Positions 50,270 to 63,830 of a stretch of 64,000 bases of DNA are shown one piece after another. The notes beneath the pieces were generated by a model. It searched no databases. It was given only the letters and a program-made list of their open reading frames with translations, and was not told the origin of the DNA. The stretch comes from Octopus sinensis. Taxonomy: Eukaryota. A program made the translations under genes and the position numbers. The number at the start of each line of letters is the position of its first letter. Position 1 is the stretch's first letter. The DNA lies in assembly GCF_006345805.1 (NCBI RefSeq), contig NC_043009.1, positions 1,674,001 through 1,738,000 on the forward strand, written 5' to 3'.

Positions 50270-52127
50270 TTAGAAAATGTCTAGAAATTTTATTGTTGAA
50301 CGCTGGTCGCGTTCTTTTTTGGAACAACATTTTCCTAGTCTGGAAACGACAGAGAAAAAAAAGAACGTTCGCACGGAAAATGCCAACGTAAAATTCGGTG
50401 AGATGAACGCTGCAACCACGTGCGTTAACAGCCCTGTCACCAACGCCACCACCACCACTAACAACAGCAACCACGAGACAACAACTGCTACCACCACCAC
50501 CACCACCACCACCACTACCACGACCAACATAAATGATAAAAATAAAACTGAAACGAAAACTATTGACAAAAACAACAGCAACAACAAGAACAACAATAAA
50601 AATGAACTATCTAATAGTGAAGATGCTAATACAAAAAAGTCAACAACAGTAAATTTCGCAGATATTCTTCGCCAGAAAAAGGAGATTGTTACATTCACAA
50701 TGAAGAGCTCATAGAAACAAGAGCTCTCTTTACAACCCGTGGACAAGATTTAGTCCTGCATACACCTCAACATATAAAACAAGAAATAGAAAATAAGACA
50801 ATTGTATATAAAATTATTAGAAAAAACAAAAAACCAAATGAACAGATTACAAAAACTGATGTGGAGAAATGTTTAAAAAACATAATGAAAGAAAAAGAGT
50901 ATATAAACTGGGGTCCCCAGTTTAACACAGTAGTGGTCCGCTTCCCTAACCAGGAAGTGGCAAAAGCTCACTCTACTGAGTCTCTGGGAAATGATGAAAT
51001 CATCATGGTCCCTTATTATAAAAACCAGAGGGTGAGTAGAATTACTATCAGAAATGTACCCCCCGATATGCCGAACAAATGGATAACAGGGGCAATCTGT
51101 TACCACTTGAAAAAGATCAATATTCTAGAAACAGCCGTGTACCTAAACGACAATTGGGGTGGAAAACAGTAGTTGTGACCATCCAGATTGAGGGGGCCTC
51201 TATCGAGAGCCTACCCGACAAGATATACTTGGAGAATGGGCAATGCCTATATGTTATGGCAGAAGGCAAAAAGCCTAGATGCTACAAATGTGGCAGCCCC
51301 GAACATTTGATTGCCAAGTGCGATCTGGTACAGAAAAAACAAGAAAGAACAATTCAGAAAACAAATAAAATCCCTTTGTTGCCAACACCAACACCAACAC
51401 ACTCAATTATGGAACAACGCCAAGAAAAACAACAAACCAGCAGACAAACCCCAACAACATCACCAAGAAAAACAGTACCAACACAATCACCGTTGACTTC
51501 ACAACCAATTAAACCTGTTGAATTAACAAAAAATCGACCCACGCCCACACCCAGGACGACAATTAAAAAGACAGAAAACACTGACGAGAAGACAAATGCT
51601 ACCCCTAACACCACAACACAAAACACCGCGCACAAAATCAACAATTTATACAAGCATACATAGTGATCCTGTTTTTTTCCTCTACCCCATACTGATACGT
51701 CGGACGACGAAAGTTCGACGGAATGGCAAATAGCCACAGGGGGTAAAAGAAAAAGATCCAAAAAACCCACCAAACAAGGAATTAAAGCAGGGAGATATCT
51801 AACTCAGGACAACATCCCCTAGACAATCAAAAAAGTAATGAACCCGTAAAACCACACACACAACTAACTGCAATAGACACAGACAATAAAGAATTAATGG
51901 ACTACATCAAATCTAACATGGTCGTCTGTGAAGATGACTTTAAGACAAACAATCATCCGCACACCACACCACCGAAACACATCAGAATTTTACACATAAC
52001 ACAAGCACAACACCACATACTGAAAACATTATTTCCGAATGCGGTAGGCGGGTATCAACGATACCTGTCGAAAAAACTATACAAACACCTCATCAAAAAC
52101 GATACAAAAGAAGAAGAAAAAAAATGA
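50270..52127 (+). pseudogene. ORF1 (gag-like nucleic-acid-binding protein with CCHC knuckle), frameshifted
   Basis: Segments 50277-50714, 50861-51172, 51079-51663, 51897-52127; RITIRNVPPDMP and CYKCGSPEHLIAKC (CX2CX4HX4C). Confidence 0.75.
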
Positions 52128-52206
52128 AACTTTTAAAATGAGTAAGTGACCTCACTTCTTGCCTCTTGTCTCTTCTAATATAGTGTGTAAAACACAATTT
52201 TCGTAA

Positions 52207-55200
52207 ATGTCAAGTATGCTTAAATTAGGTTGTGTGAATGCGCGTGGCTTGGCGTCGGCTTGGAAGCAAGGTTACCTTCTAAACGACATCAAGTCACTGG
52301 ACGTGGATATAGTAGCTATCAGCGAAACCAGACTCAGTAAGCCGCGGGCCCTCGAGTCCATGTTTGGCAATCAATTTGACATTTATTTTTCTCCCTGTCT
52401 GCCGAACATGGGTGGTGGAGGTACTGCGGTGCTTTTTCGAAAGAGTCTAAAGGTAAAAGTAAGAGCAATATTCCTAGACCCGGAGGGTAGGCTGGTTGTC
52501 TTGGACGTGGATGGCAGAAATGGGTGTGCATTCCGTCTGATGGCAGTTTATGCACCGTCCTTAACGGGTCGGGCGGATTTCTTCAGACGTCTAGAGGTTT
52601 TCCTGGGTACGTCTAGACCTTTACTGTTAGTAGGGGATTGGAACGCTACCTTGGACACGCATCTAGATTATGTGGGAAGGGATAGAATAGAAGGGGGTGT
52701 AAGAGCCTCAAAGACCTGCTCAGACGTTTCCATTTGTCTGACAGGTTCCGACTCGACCATCCGAACGTGCCAACGTGGACTTGGACAAACCGCGTCGGAT
52801 CGTCGAGATCTTATCTAGATAGAATTCTATGCAGGACAGCGGATAGGGATAGTGTAGGATGTCCACAATTTAAAATAGTCAGCTACACAGATCACAAATT
52901 TGTTACGTGTACGCTCGACTTAGATAAAACACATAGGCAGGGTCCCGGTTACTGGAAACTGAACACGTCGCTGTTAGCGCGACAGGTTTACAGGAACCGG
53001 ATTAGCGAGTTAATTAAGAGGGCGCGACGGGGGAGCGGTCGTTAACAACCGCTGGTGGTACGCCCTGAAAATGGCAATAAAATCGGAATCAATTAGGTTT
53101 AGCAAGGAATTAGCGATAGAACGAAATAGAGTAGAGGGAGACTTAGTTAAGAAACTAGAAGAGGCACTTACCACTGGCAGCGCAACCAACGTGCTGGCTG
53201 CGAGGATGGCCCTCGACCAACACCTCAACGCCAAGCACGAAGGTTGCGTCGTCAGAGCTAAAATGCGTGCCTTAAGGAACGAAGGGATTGAAGCTGCGCG
53301 AGAGGCCCGGGTAGCGGAGGCGCAGCGTGGCAACAGATCAACCATTCGGTCTCTAATAGATCAACAGGGATGCAGTTTACTCGAACCCGAAAGGATGTGT
53401 GAGGCCTTTCAACAGCACTTTGCTCGACTGTTTGGTGCGAGTGGTGGGTCGGAACGAGGGATGGATTTCAGTGCCTACCTGACCGACCTGCCGCGGCTCT
53501 CGGCAAGAGAGGCGGAGTGTTGTGAAAGTCCATCACAGCCGCTGACGTGTGGGATGCGATGGCGGGCTGCGCGAGGGATAAGTCGCCTGGATTGGATGGT
53601 TTACCCTACGAGCTGTATTGTCGAATGCCAGACTTGTTTGGCGACCTCTTGGCATCAGTCTACTGCAACTGGCAACAAAACGGGAGAATCCCCGGTTTCG
53701 TGAGCCGAGGTGCAGTGACGTTGCTGAAGAAAGACTCAAACAAGGGGAATTTTATAGATAATTTCAGGCCCATCACTCTGCTCAACGCAGATTTGAAAAT
53801 TTTGGCCAAAGTAATAGCCGAGAGGTTGGCGCTTGTCATTGGTAAACTGGTCGACAGGGCGCAAACATGCGCCGTGCCGGGCAGAACCATACATGACAAC
53901 CTCCATCTGATGCGCTACATTGTGGACAGGGTAGTTAAGGATCCTGGCATGGGTGGGGCGCTGATAAATTTGGATCAGTCTAAAGCCTTCGATAGGGTCG
54001 ACCATCGGTACTTGGCGGCCGTCCTCAGGGCGGCTGGCTTCGGTCCCGTCTTCCGCGGTTGGATCGCTGCCTTGTATAGCGGCATCCGATCGGTGATTCG
54101 GGTGAACGGTCACCTGTCGAAACCGTTTGACATCACGCGTTCGGTCCATCAGGGATGTCCCCTGTCGGCGCTTCTGTATGTATTGACTCTCGAGCCGCTA
54201 CTGCGGAAGCTGGCGACACTGAGGAGCATCCCACATGAACTGGGTTGCAGGACGAGCGTGTCGGCATATGTGGACGATGTCACCGTCATAGTGTCGAGCT
54301 ACCAGCACATCGAGCTGGTCGGCGAGACACTAAGAAAATATGAAACGGTGACGGGAGCAAAGATTAACCCGGAAAAGTCAGTGGGTTTGCTACTCGGCAC
54401 CTGGAGAAGCAAGCCCATGCCGTCCGACTGCGGCTCAGTAGTGGGACGCTGGACGGACGGACCGGTAAATTGCTCGGGGTCTGGTTCAGTCCGGACCTCC
54501 AAATGGATAAGAACTGGGACGAGATCACGAGTAGAGTGGTCGCTCTCAGCCAACATGGGCCGAGAGAAAGCTGTCTCTAAAAGGCCGGGCGGAGGTGGCG
54601 AACGCGTACATCGCATCCGTCATCGATTACCGCCTGACCGTCGTACCTTGTCCCGACGCCACCATCACCAAACTGGAACGCATACTCTTCCGCTTCCTGT
54701 GGAAGGGTGGCGTTCCGATGGTGAGGAAGTCCATTTGCTGTCAACATCCGTTGAATGGAGGACTGGGCATGCCGTGGTTGATGATGCGCAGGCATGCGCT
54801 GAGACTGCGACATCTCTGGAAATTCATCGACGACGGTGAACAGGTGTGGGCGCCGTTTGTGAGGCGCGACTTCCCGCAGCTCGTCTCACTGACCGAACTG
54901 CAAACGTGGATCAAAAAGAGACCGAAACTGGGCGATTGGCACCGAGAGTGTCGCCAAGCTCTACAGCAGCTCTCTGCCGACCGGGGTCAAACTTGTGCAA
55001 CTTCCAAACGACTAAAGCGTTCTATAGAGGACTAGTGGAGGAGGTCCGACGACACACTCGGGGCAAACCTGGGCGTCGACGAGGAATTCCTAACCCGCCT
55101 GTTCAGGACGACGTTCGGGCCGGGGCCTATGGATAACTTCCAGAAATCCCTGGCTTGGCAGTGCTATCGAGACGCACTACCTGTTCGAGAGAAGAGCTAC

Positions 55201-55581
55201 AGACACGGTTCGAAAACCATCACCGGACCGACCTGCCCGAGATGCGGTCAGAGCGACGAAACCGTTCTGCACGCACTCGTGCAGTGTCCAGATATTTCAG
55301 AGCTGTGGTCCTTCGTCGAACAGCTGTTGTCACGTGTAGGTCAGGCTCGCCTATCGGCCGAGTCTATTGTGAATATTGTTCCACCACCTTCCTTTAAACG
55401 GGAAGGGAAAACGGTTTTCGTTACGCTGATGGCTATGGCGAAAGAATGTGTGTGGTGGACGCGTTTGAAAGGACTGCAAACAAACACCTTCCTCTCTGGT
55501 CAGTCTCTCGTCAACTTTTTCAAGTACCACTTGAAAAGGGATGAGAATAGAGAGGAAGGCTTTGTCGAACGAATGTTTTAA
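52207..55581 (+). pseudogene. ORF2: APE endonuclease, reverse transcriptase and C-terminal zinc finger, frameshifted
   Basis: GCVNARGL, DIVAISET, AVYAP, VGDWNA, SYLDRI, TDHK; KSPGLDGL, FRPITLLNADLKILAK, LDQSKAFDRVDH, QGCPLS, AYVDDV; CPRCGQSDETVLHALVQC. Confidence 0.92.
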
Positions 55582-55829
55582 TAAAAAGTGGGTAAAAGTG
55601 GCAAAAATGGTCAGTATGAAAGACGACACTATTTTAAGCATAAATCTGTAACCAAAAGAGACAACGAGAAGTAAGGCGACTTACTCATGTGTTCTTTTTC
55701 GAACTGCCTGAGGTGACCTTGGTCTTTTTTGTAGGTTTTTCTTTCCAAGACTACACCTAAACTGTGAACCTTATATATATATATATATTGCTTTTTTATA
55801 CACCACCAACCCACAGATCCCTATTGATC

Positions 55830-55865
<36 letters not shown>

Positions 55866-55964
55866 CTTCTTGCCCCACCCATCCCACCACGAAAAGAAAA
55901 AATTCTACATTGTATTTCGTCCATTTTTATTCTGTGTTTAGCCCTGTGTGGCTACAATAAAAAG

Positions 55965-55965
<1 letters not shown>

Positions 55966-56010
<45 letters not shown>
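55966..56010. repeat. (TATC)11 spacer between the two Tx1 copies
   Basis: Direct reading. Confidence 0.95.
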
Positions 56011-56011
<1 letters not shown>

Positions 56012-57194
56012 AGGGCTGGGCATGCCGTGGTTGATGATGCGCAGACACGCGCTGAACTGCGACTCTCTGGCTCTATGTAGACGACGGTGAACAGGTGTGT
56101 CGCCGTTTGTGAGGCACGCTTTCCCGCAGCTCGTCTCCATGACCGAACTGCAGTCGTGGATCAAAAAGAGCCGAGGAAGGGCGAATGGCACCGCGAGTGT
56201 CGCGTTGCTCTCAAGCAACTCTGCCGTCCTGGGTCGACCTTAAGTGACTTCAACACAACCAAAGCATTCTATAGGGGTTTAGTGGAGGGGAGGTACGACG
56301 ACGAGCTCGGGGCGAACCTGGACGTCGACGAGGAGTACCTGACCCGCCTGTTCGGGACGACTTTCGGGCCAGGGCCCATGGACAACTTCCAGAGATCCCT
56401 GGCCTGGCAGTGCTACCGAGAAGCGCTACCCGTTCGGGATAAGCTCTACAGACACGGCTCGAGAAACACGGGGCCGACCTGCCCGAGATGCGGTCAGAGC
56501 GACGAAACCGTTCTGCACGCACTCGTTCAGTGTCCAACAATTCCGACCTGTGGGCTTATGTCGAACAACTGCTGTCACGTGTGGTACGAGTCGGTTTATC
56601 AGCTGAGTCTATCGTCAATATTGTCACGCCTCCTTCCTTCAAACGGGAAGGAAGAGCTATTTTCATCATCCTTGTGGCTATGGCGAAAGAATGTATCTGG
56701 TGGACGCGTCTGAAAGGATTGGAGACAAACACTTTTCCTCTCTGGTCAATCTCTCATCAACTTCTTCAAGTACCACTTGAAAAGGAAAGTGAGAGTAGAG
56801 AGGCAAGTTTTGTCTAGCGAATGTTTTAAAAAAGATGGGTGAATGTAGCAAGAATGGCACGTATGAATGACGAAGCCACCTTGAGCATAGTCCTATGAAC
56901 CCAGAAATCGAAAACAGAGAGTTGCTTATTTGCAAAAAAAAAAAAAAAAAAAAAAGAAAATAAAATGTGACTTCATTGACCGAGGTTACCGTGGTCTTTT
57001 CCGCAGGCTTTTCTTTCCACGGGTAAACCTCACCTGTCCTCCCCTTTACACTTCATATTGACATTTCTGTGATAACGATCCCTATGATCATTTTTTTTTT
57101 CCTCTCCCCCCCCCTTTTTTTTTTTTTTTTTAACCCCCCTTATTTTTGTCCTCTTTCTCTCCTTTTACGATCCCTTTTGATCGAACCTCCCCTT

Positions 57195-57237
<43 letters not shown>

Positions 57238-57308
57238 CCTTCAAAAGAAAAGCTCTACCTTGTAATTTGTTCTATCTGTGTGCAGCCCTGTGTGCTAATA
57301 AAGAAACA
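56012..57308 (+). mobile_element. 5'-truncated Tx1 sister copy
   Basis: Starts GGGCTGGGCATGCCGTGGTTGATGATGCG (matches ~54760 of copy 1), has the same zinc finger; the distinct 3' UTR ends AATAAAGAAACA then (TATC)n. Confidence 0.9.
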
Positions 57309-57625
<317 letters not shown>

Positions 57626-57880
57626 GAAATTATAATAAACTCATTCTATCTATTTATATGGAAATATTTAATTATAAAAAATATGATAAACATATCAAAC
57701 AAAATCAAAACAAGACAAAAAAAAAGACATATTAATCTATTAATTAGAAAATAAATGTAATTAATAAAGAATTGTGCTTAAGTGATGACGGCATTTACCA
57801 TATTTGGTGAAATAAAACGTGCATGGGCATATTAGACATATCCCTGTTCCAGCAGTGTATTTTCAAGAATAATTAGTTTA

Positions 57881-58099
57881 CAGTAATCCCTCGCCATATC
57901 GCGGTTCACCTATCGCGGTTCACCTATCGCGGTTCACCTATCGCGGTTTATTCCTCCGTCGATTCCTCCGTGGTGTTGTTTTGCAATTATAATAAAATAA
58001 ATATATGCAAATTATAAAAATAATAAAAAAAAAATACAGCGGGGGCTGGAGGTGGCAGGGCTTTGGAACATTACACTCGCGATAGTCGAGGTATTACTG
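57881..58099. mobile_element. Tigger/pogo-like MITE
   Basis: TA-flanked TIRs CAGTAATCCCTCG..ATCGCG / CGCGATAGTCGAGGTATTACTG; internal 14-bp ATCGCGGTTCACCT x3-4. Confidence 0.75.
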
Positions 58100-58577
58100 T
58101 ATGACAATCTGGCCAACAGTCCGAGGGAAGCAAATTTCCGGGTCAAGGTTGGAGCCAGAAATTTCGCGGGCAATTCTGCTTACGATCTGATGAAACAATT
58201 CTCATTCTCTAGGAAGAAAAGGACCAAAGCCCTAAAAGCAATATCCGAAACAGCAGAGAGTTGTTCCAGTTGGATCTGATCGAGAAGGAACGAAATCGAC
58301 CTCCATTGCTGTCAAAAGGCAATGTTTTTGTATTTTAATGCCAAGGAAAGTAACTCTGAGTGAGTCATTGTGACAGCGTTGACGGAACACCGCTACCATA
58401 ACAACCAACGTTGCTTCTTCTTTGAATACAAGTTTGAAAGCTGAGTAAACGAAGAGGAGTTACAATTCAATGAAATCTCCAAGTGGTTTAAATGCACAAG
58501 TCTCCGACATCCAAGTGTTTAAAGTGTCAACGGAAGGGTTGCCAGGAGCTACGATCTGGATTCGGCCCGGCTTTCTG

Positions 58578-58919
58578 AGAGTGTAAGAAGTTAAGGGCCG
58601 AAACACTTGCCTGAGTGGGGTTTCTTCTCGGAAGACCTTCTGCTGTTCAACTCTCTTGAGAGTTTCTTACCACTAGGCCCCAATGCAGTCTGGCCCCTTT
58701 AGAGTGTAAGAAGTTAAGGGCCGAAACACTTGCCTGAGGGGCGGGGGTTTCTTCTCTGAAGACCTTCTGCTGTTCAACTCTCTTGAGAGTTTCTTACCAC
58801 TAGGCCCGAATGCAGTCTGACCCTTTTAGAGTATAAGACGTTTAGGGCCGAAACACTTGCCTGAGTGGGGCTTCTTCTCGGTAGACCTCCTGCTGTTCAA
58901 CTCTCTTGAGATTTTCTTA
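58578..58919. repeat. ~125-bp tandem repeat, 2.7 copies
   Basis: AGAGT(G/A)TAAGA..GGGCCGAAACACTTGCCTGAG.. starts at 58578, 58701, 58828. Confidence 0.9.
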
Positions 58920-59339
58920 ACATCAAATTTCTATACAGGACCCGGGGTGAATTCTTTTGAGACATTGTAAAAATACAATGTGCATCTTTTATGCCGTCAA
59001 ATATGTTATATGAATTACATAAGATGTCATAAGTTATATGAATTATATAAGATGAATTACATAAGATGTTATATGGATTACGCAAGATGAATTACACATG
59101 TTATATGAATTACATAAAATGTCTTTCAGTTTCCGTCAGCCAAATCCACTCACTTATGGATAAACGAATACACTGCAACAGTTTAATAACAATATAATCG
59201 AAACAAACGGCAGTAGTCACACGAATTGTAACAACAATCTGTTAAGAACCAACAATCCAACACGCTAACTCGAACTGTGAACTTTGAACTCCAACTTTGA
59301 ACTATCAACACATGAACTGTGGAACTAGCGTGCTGATTT

Positions 59340-61245
59340 TATTAAAACCAGGGGTTAAACAAAACACAGGTCAAATAAGGGTCAGGGACTTGTCGGATGA
59401 GATTGCATATAGTGAATAAAATCATTGTAATTGCGAATGAAAATGAAAGAATGAATGGATGCGGAATGGGTTTGACCCCCCACCAACCCCATTCTTGTGT
59501 TGAACCGTTTACTTCGTCCTCCCCACCCCCCGCTTTATTAGGCACTTACATACCCAACATTCAGATTACTTTCTTCCGTCTTTTTCGTACGTCAGGCATT
59601 TCTTCTCCGGACGTGCTTTCCCTCTTGGGTGATATAAAAAGAGCTTAACCAAAGCACGCCCGGAAACGTAGGTGCCGGATGCGCTACCTCATCCACGCGT
59701 CTTCCAATAACTTCTTTCGCTATAGCTGTTATGGATAGAAAACAAAATTTCTCTTCTCTTTTTAGAGGAGACGGTGAAACGATCTTAGTAATCGATTCGG
59801 CTGACAGTTGAATTCTCCCCAGCCGTGACAGTACCTGTTCGGTAGAAACCCACGGATCCAAGACACACGGACACTGTACGATTGCGTGCAGAGCAGTTTC
59901 GTTGCTCTGCTCGCAACGTGAGCACGTAGGCGAAACAGTGACGCCGTGCCCCTCGCGAGTTTATCCCGAACTGGCAAAGCACTTCGGAAGCGCAGCCAAG
60001 CCAGGGACCTCTGGAAGTTGTCCATCGGTTCATGGTCGAAAGTTCTTCGATGCAGGTTGACAAAGTGACTTTCATCGAAATCTAGAATCTCCCCCAGGCC
60101 GTCATCACACTTGCCCTCTGCCAGCCGCCTAGAGTACGCCGAGGTGGTACCTGCTCCTCCGGCATTGCTCGTTCGGGAGAGAAGCACGGGCGCTCGTCGA
60201 CACTCTGCTTGCCAAGCTCCCAGCTTTGGTCTACGCTTGATCCAGCATTCCAGTTCACTAAAAGAGGTGAACTTGGGAAATATCTCGTTAACAAACGGAG
60301 ACCACGCCCGCTCACCGTCCAGGTAGAGCCAGAGATGCCTGAATCTCAGCGCATGCCTGCGCATTTTTAGCCACGACATCCCTAACCCACTCTTTAGCGG
60401 CTGTTGGCAGCAGATAGAGCGCCTTACAAGAGGCCGCCTGCCCTCCCACAAGAAGTGAAAGAGCATGCGTTCCAACTTGTTGAGCCACGAATCGGGGCAC
60501 GCACAGCAGTTAGGCGGTAGGTAATGACATGCGGTAAACACATTTACCATCTCCGCTCTCTCTTTAAGACATAGCTTCCGCCCAGACCAGGTCTGGGTTA
60601 TGGACACCACCCTACCCGTAACCTCGTTCCAATTCTTCTCTATCTGGAGGTCTGGACCAAACCAGACCCGAAGCATTTTCACCGGATCGACTGTCCAGCG
60701 TCCGATGACGCTGTTGGACGGCATCGACTTGCCTTTCCAGGTGTCGAGCTATAGAGAGTAGGTGAGCCCTAAAGAGTGGCAGGAGCAAGAATTATAAGAC
60801 TTATCCCGGTTAATTCTTGCTCCTGCCACCGCTTCGTAATCCTTTAGGGCCTCACCTACCCTCTGTAGGTCCTGGTCCCCGAGTACGATGATAGTGACAT
60901 CGTCCGCATACGCTGTAACTGACTTTCCATATTCTAGATCATGCGGGTCTCCACTCGTCGCCTCCAAACTTCGCAGTAGCGGCTCGAGAGCCAGTACATA
61001 AAACAGTGGCGAGAGTGGATAACCTTGACGAACCGTGCGTTCGATATTGAACGATTCCGAAAAGAAACCGTTCATCCGAACAACCGACTTGATGTTGCTA
61101 TATAAATAGTTGATCCAACCGCGGAATGTCGAGCCAAAACTGTCCGCCTCGAGGACCGTCGCCAGATACCGATGGTCTACCCTATCAAAGGCTTTGGATT
61201 GGTCTAAATGGACCAACCCCCTACCTTTGCCAGGAACCACCTCAC
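59340..61245 (-). mobile_element. Third, more divergent 5'-truncated Tx1-type LINE
   Basis: LDQSKAFDRVDHRYL, VRQGYPLSP, AYADDV, MDNFQRSLAW; AATAAA at the 3' end (~59340). Confidence 0.88.
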
Positions 61246-62279
61246 TTACTCAGATCGCTACTCTTCATATGTAGTGGTCCAGTCCATTCTCGCCAGTGGG
61301 CGGCGTACTCTCGCACAATACAGAGGGAGAAAAAAAAACCTGTTGCATATTCTTGTTGCATAAGAAAGACTTCAGAATTGCACCTTCTGGTTGACGAAAG
61401 GGTAGATAATGATAACTGATCGACTGCGATATCAGGCGCTAATAACATCTTCCTGGCAAGAGGGACTGATCTGTGAAAAATAATAAAGATCAGTTTTAGT
61501 ACATTGATTTCGTGTCGTCTGGTATATGTACTATTAGTTAGGCTTATGGTCATAATCACATTTTTGTACCACGCGTAAGTACAGGGATCGATTTGTTCGA
61601 CTAAAATTCTTCAAGGTGATGCCCCAGCATGGCCGCAGTCCACTGACTGAAATGTAAAAGATAAATAAAAAGATAAAGGTAATTTAGACAGTACATGCGA
61701 TTCACTGAGAGAGAGAGGGGAGGAGAGAGGGGAGGAGAGAGAAGGGGAGAGAGATAGAGGGGGAGATAGATAGAGAGGAGTGTCTAAGATACACTAAATA
61801 ATAACGGTGAATAACCTGGATCGCTTCACAAAGAACCAAAAGATAATTCCTTTATGAGCAGCTGCAAACCTTATACAAAACGCAAATTATGTTCTTGGTT
61901 TAGTCAGTCTTGTATGTGGCAGTTTGTCTATTCTTTTAATACTTTCCGGAATCTCTCTAATAAAAGAAGAGAGGTTTTCTCTATTAACTAAGAAACAAAA
62001 CCGTATTGTTGAAGATACAGACAACAATAGAATGATCTACAAGCCGATGCTAAACTCTGCAATGTCTTGAGTATTTTAAAAATATTTTGGCTTACCAAAA
62101 TCCGTGTTGAATGGCAGAATTAAGAAAGTATCAGACGAATTAATGTCGTTTCTGTATTAAGTCACGGCTCTTAATGTTCGATGTTCAATTCTTGGTTTTG
62201 CTTTGTGTTAGTCCACATTACTCCGTTGGGAATATAGGACCGGTTTCCCGGTTTCTCTGGCGTATATATTCTTTCATGG

Positions 62280-62373
<94 letters not shown>

Positions 62374-62448
62374 TACATACAAACAGGTGTATGTAGTTAT
62401 GTGTGTGTGTTTAGTTCCGAAAGGCTCTGAAACGTTGCGCCCTCGAGG

Positions 62449-62548
62449 NNNNNNNNNNNNNNNNNNNNNNNNNNNNNNNNNNNNNNNNNNNNNNNNNNNN
62501 NNNNNNNNNNNNNNNNNNNNNNNNNNNNNNNNNNNNNNNNNNNNNNNN
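62449..62548. other. Assembly gap (100 N)
   Basis: Run of N. Confidence 0.98.
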
Positions 62549-62899
62549 GTTTTGTGATCCAGAAACACCGTGTTCGCTATTAACGGTAAGTGACTGAATT
62601 CGTATATTTGCCACTCCGTTTTTGTGTATGTGAGCCGCAAGGCCTTCGTTTTTTGGAATCTCCACTTATAGAAATGAAAAAACGGTCTTTGACTGCCATT
62701 TCTAATTCCTTCGGTATGAGGCGAAACAGCTTGCTGCTAGCCAACTTATTTTTCTTTACTATATACTGAACCTTATAAAGGTCTTGACAATTATTTTGTC
62801 GTATTTACATACCGAAATTTACCGGTAAATAATTGTTGGTTACATGAAAAACCACAGGAAAATTATTTACCATTTTTATTGTATATACATATATATATA

Positions 62900-63190
62900 T
62901 GAGGGTGCATGGCTTTGTGGTTAGGATGTTGCACTCGCTAGATCGTGGTTTCAATTCCTAGACCGGTCGGTGCATCGTGTTCTTGAGCAAAGCACTTCAT
63001 CTCACGTTGTTCTGCGTCACTTCGACACCTGACACGTGGTACACCGTGCACCTGTTCAGGTAACGTCGATTTGATGGGGGGAAGGGGTAGGCTACAGCAC
63101 ATACATTAAATCTCTATAGACAAATCATTTGTGCTGGTTATTCCAGCAAAAGCTGAACGCTCAGGCATTGTCTTCGATGGGAGAGTCTAT
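62900..63190 (+). mobile_element. tRNA-derived SINE (further family)
   Basis: GCATGGCTTTGTGGTTAGGATGTTGCACTC..GGTTTCAATTCC head; TTGAGCAAAGCACTTCATCTCACG. Confidence 0.65.
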
Positions 63191-63196
63191 CATATA

Positions 63197-63830
63197 CAGG
63201 GTGTCCCAAAAGTCACTGATAGATTTCAGTTTTTAACAACTTCCTTAACTTTACAAATAAATACATGAAATTTTAATACAATATAAAAGGACATAATGGA
63301 AATTAAAATGCAAAAGTCAAATTATGAAACACCACTACATCACATATGAAAAATGACATCGCTTAAATGGTAGACATTTTCGGCTTCGCATGCCTTGCTC
63401 TTTCCAAAATTCGCACTATAACACCCTCAAGAGTTTTGGACCCCACTTCTCTGATTTCTCTATTGATTTATATATATATATTGAGGGTCTCCGGTTTGTT
63501 GACGTAAACCCTCTCTTTCAGGTATTCATGATTGAGGCCTTTTTGCGCCCGGCCATTCAAAGTAGACTTCACACATGGTTCCAACAAGATGGGGCAACTG
63601 CTCATACTGCAAGAGAAACAATGCAGTTGCTACGGCAGTGTTTTGGGGAGAGAATAATCACCCGCCACTACAGCAATGTCAACTGGCCTTCATGTTCCCC
63701 AGACTTGACTAGCCCGGATTTTTTCTTGTGGGGTTGCCTGAAAGAGAGGGTTTATGTCAACAAACCGGAGCCCCTGACGCAACCGAAGGGGAATATCAAT
63801 AGAGAAATCAGAGAATAAATTCTAAACGAT
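63197..63830 (+). mobile_element. Tc1/mariner-superfamily relic (DD41D/rosa-like transposase C-terminus)
   Basis: TA-CAGGGTGTCCC terminus; WFQQDGATAHTARETMQLLRQCFGERIIT..WPSCSPDLTSPDFFLWGCLKERVY. Confidence 0.75.

Larger units (their letters stand above)
50077..55965 (+). mobile_element. Near full-length Tx1/L1-clade LINE (ORF1 plus APE-RT ORF2)
   Basis: Two ORFs with frameshifts, T-tract 3' UTR, AATAAA at ~55956 directly before (TATC)n. Confidence 0.9.

Noticed and set aside
61858-62070. 70-codon open frame with a hydrophobic run (YVLGLVSLVCGSLSILLILSGISLI)
   Set aside because: No start codon or convincing splice acceptor, and no family motif; frames of this length are expected by chance.
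62411-62448. CC-GAAA-GG..CTCT-GAAACGTT motif beside the gap
   Set aside because: Incomplete core and adjacent to Ns; cannot be evaluated.
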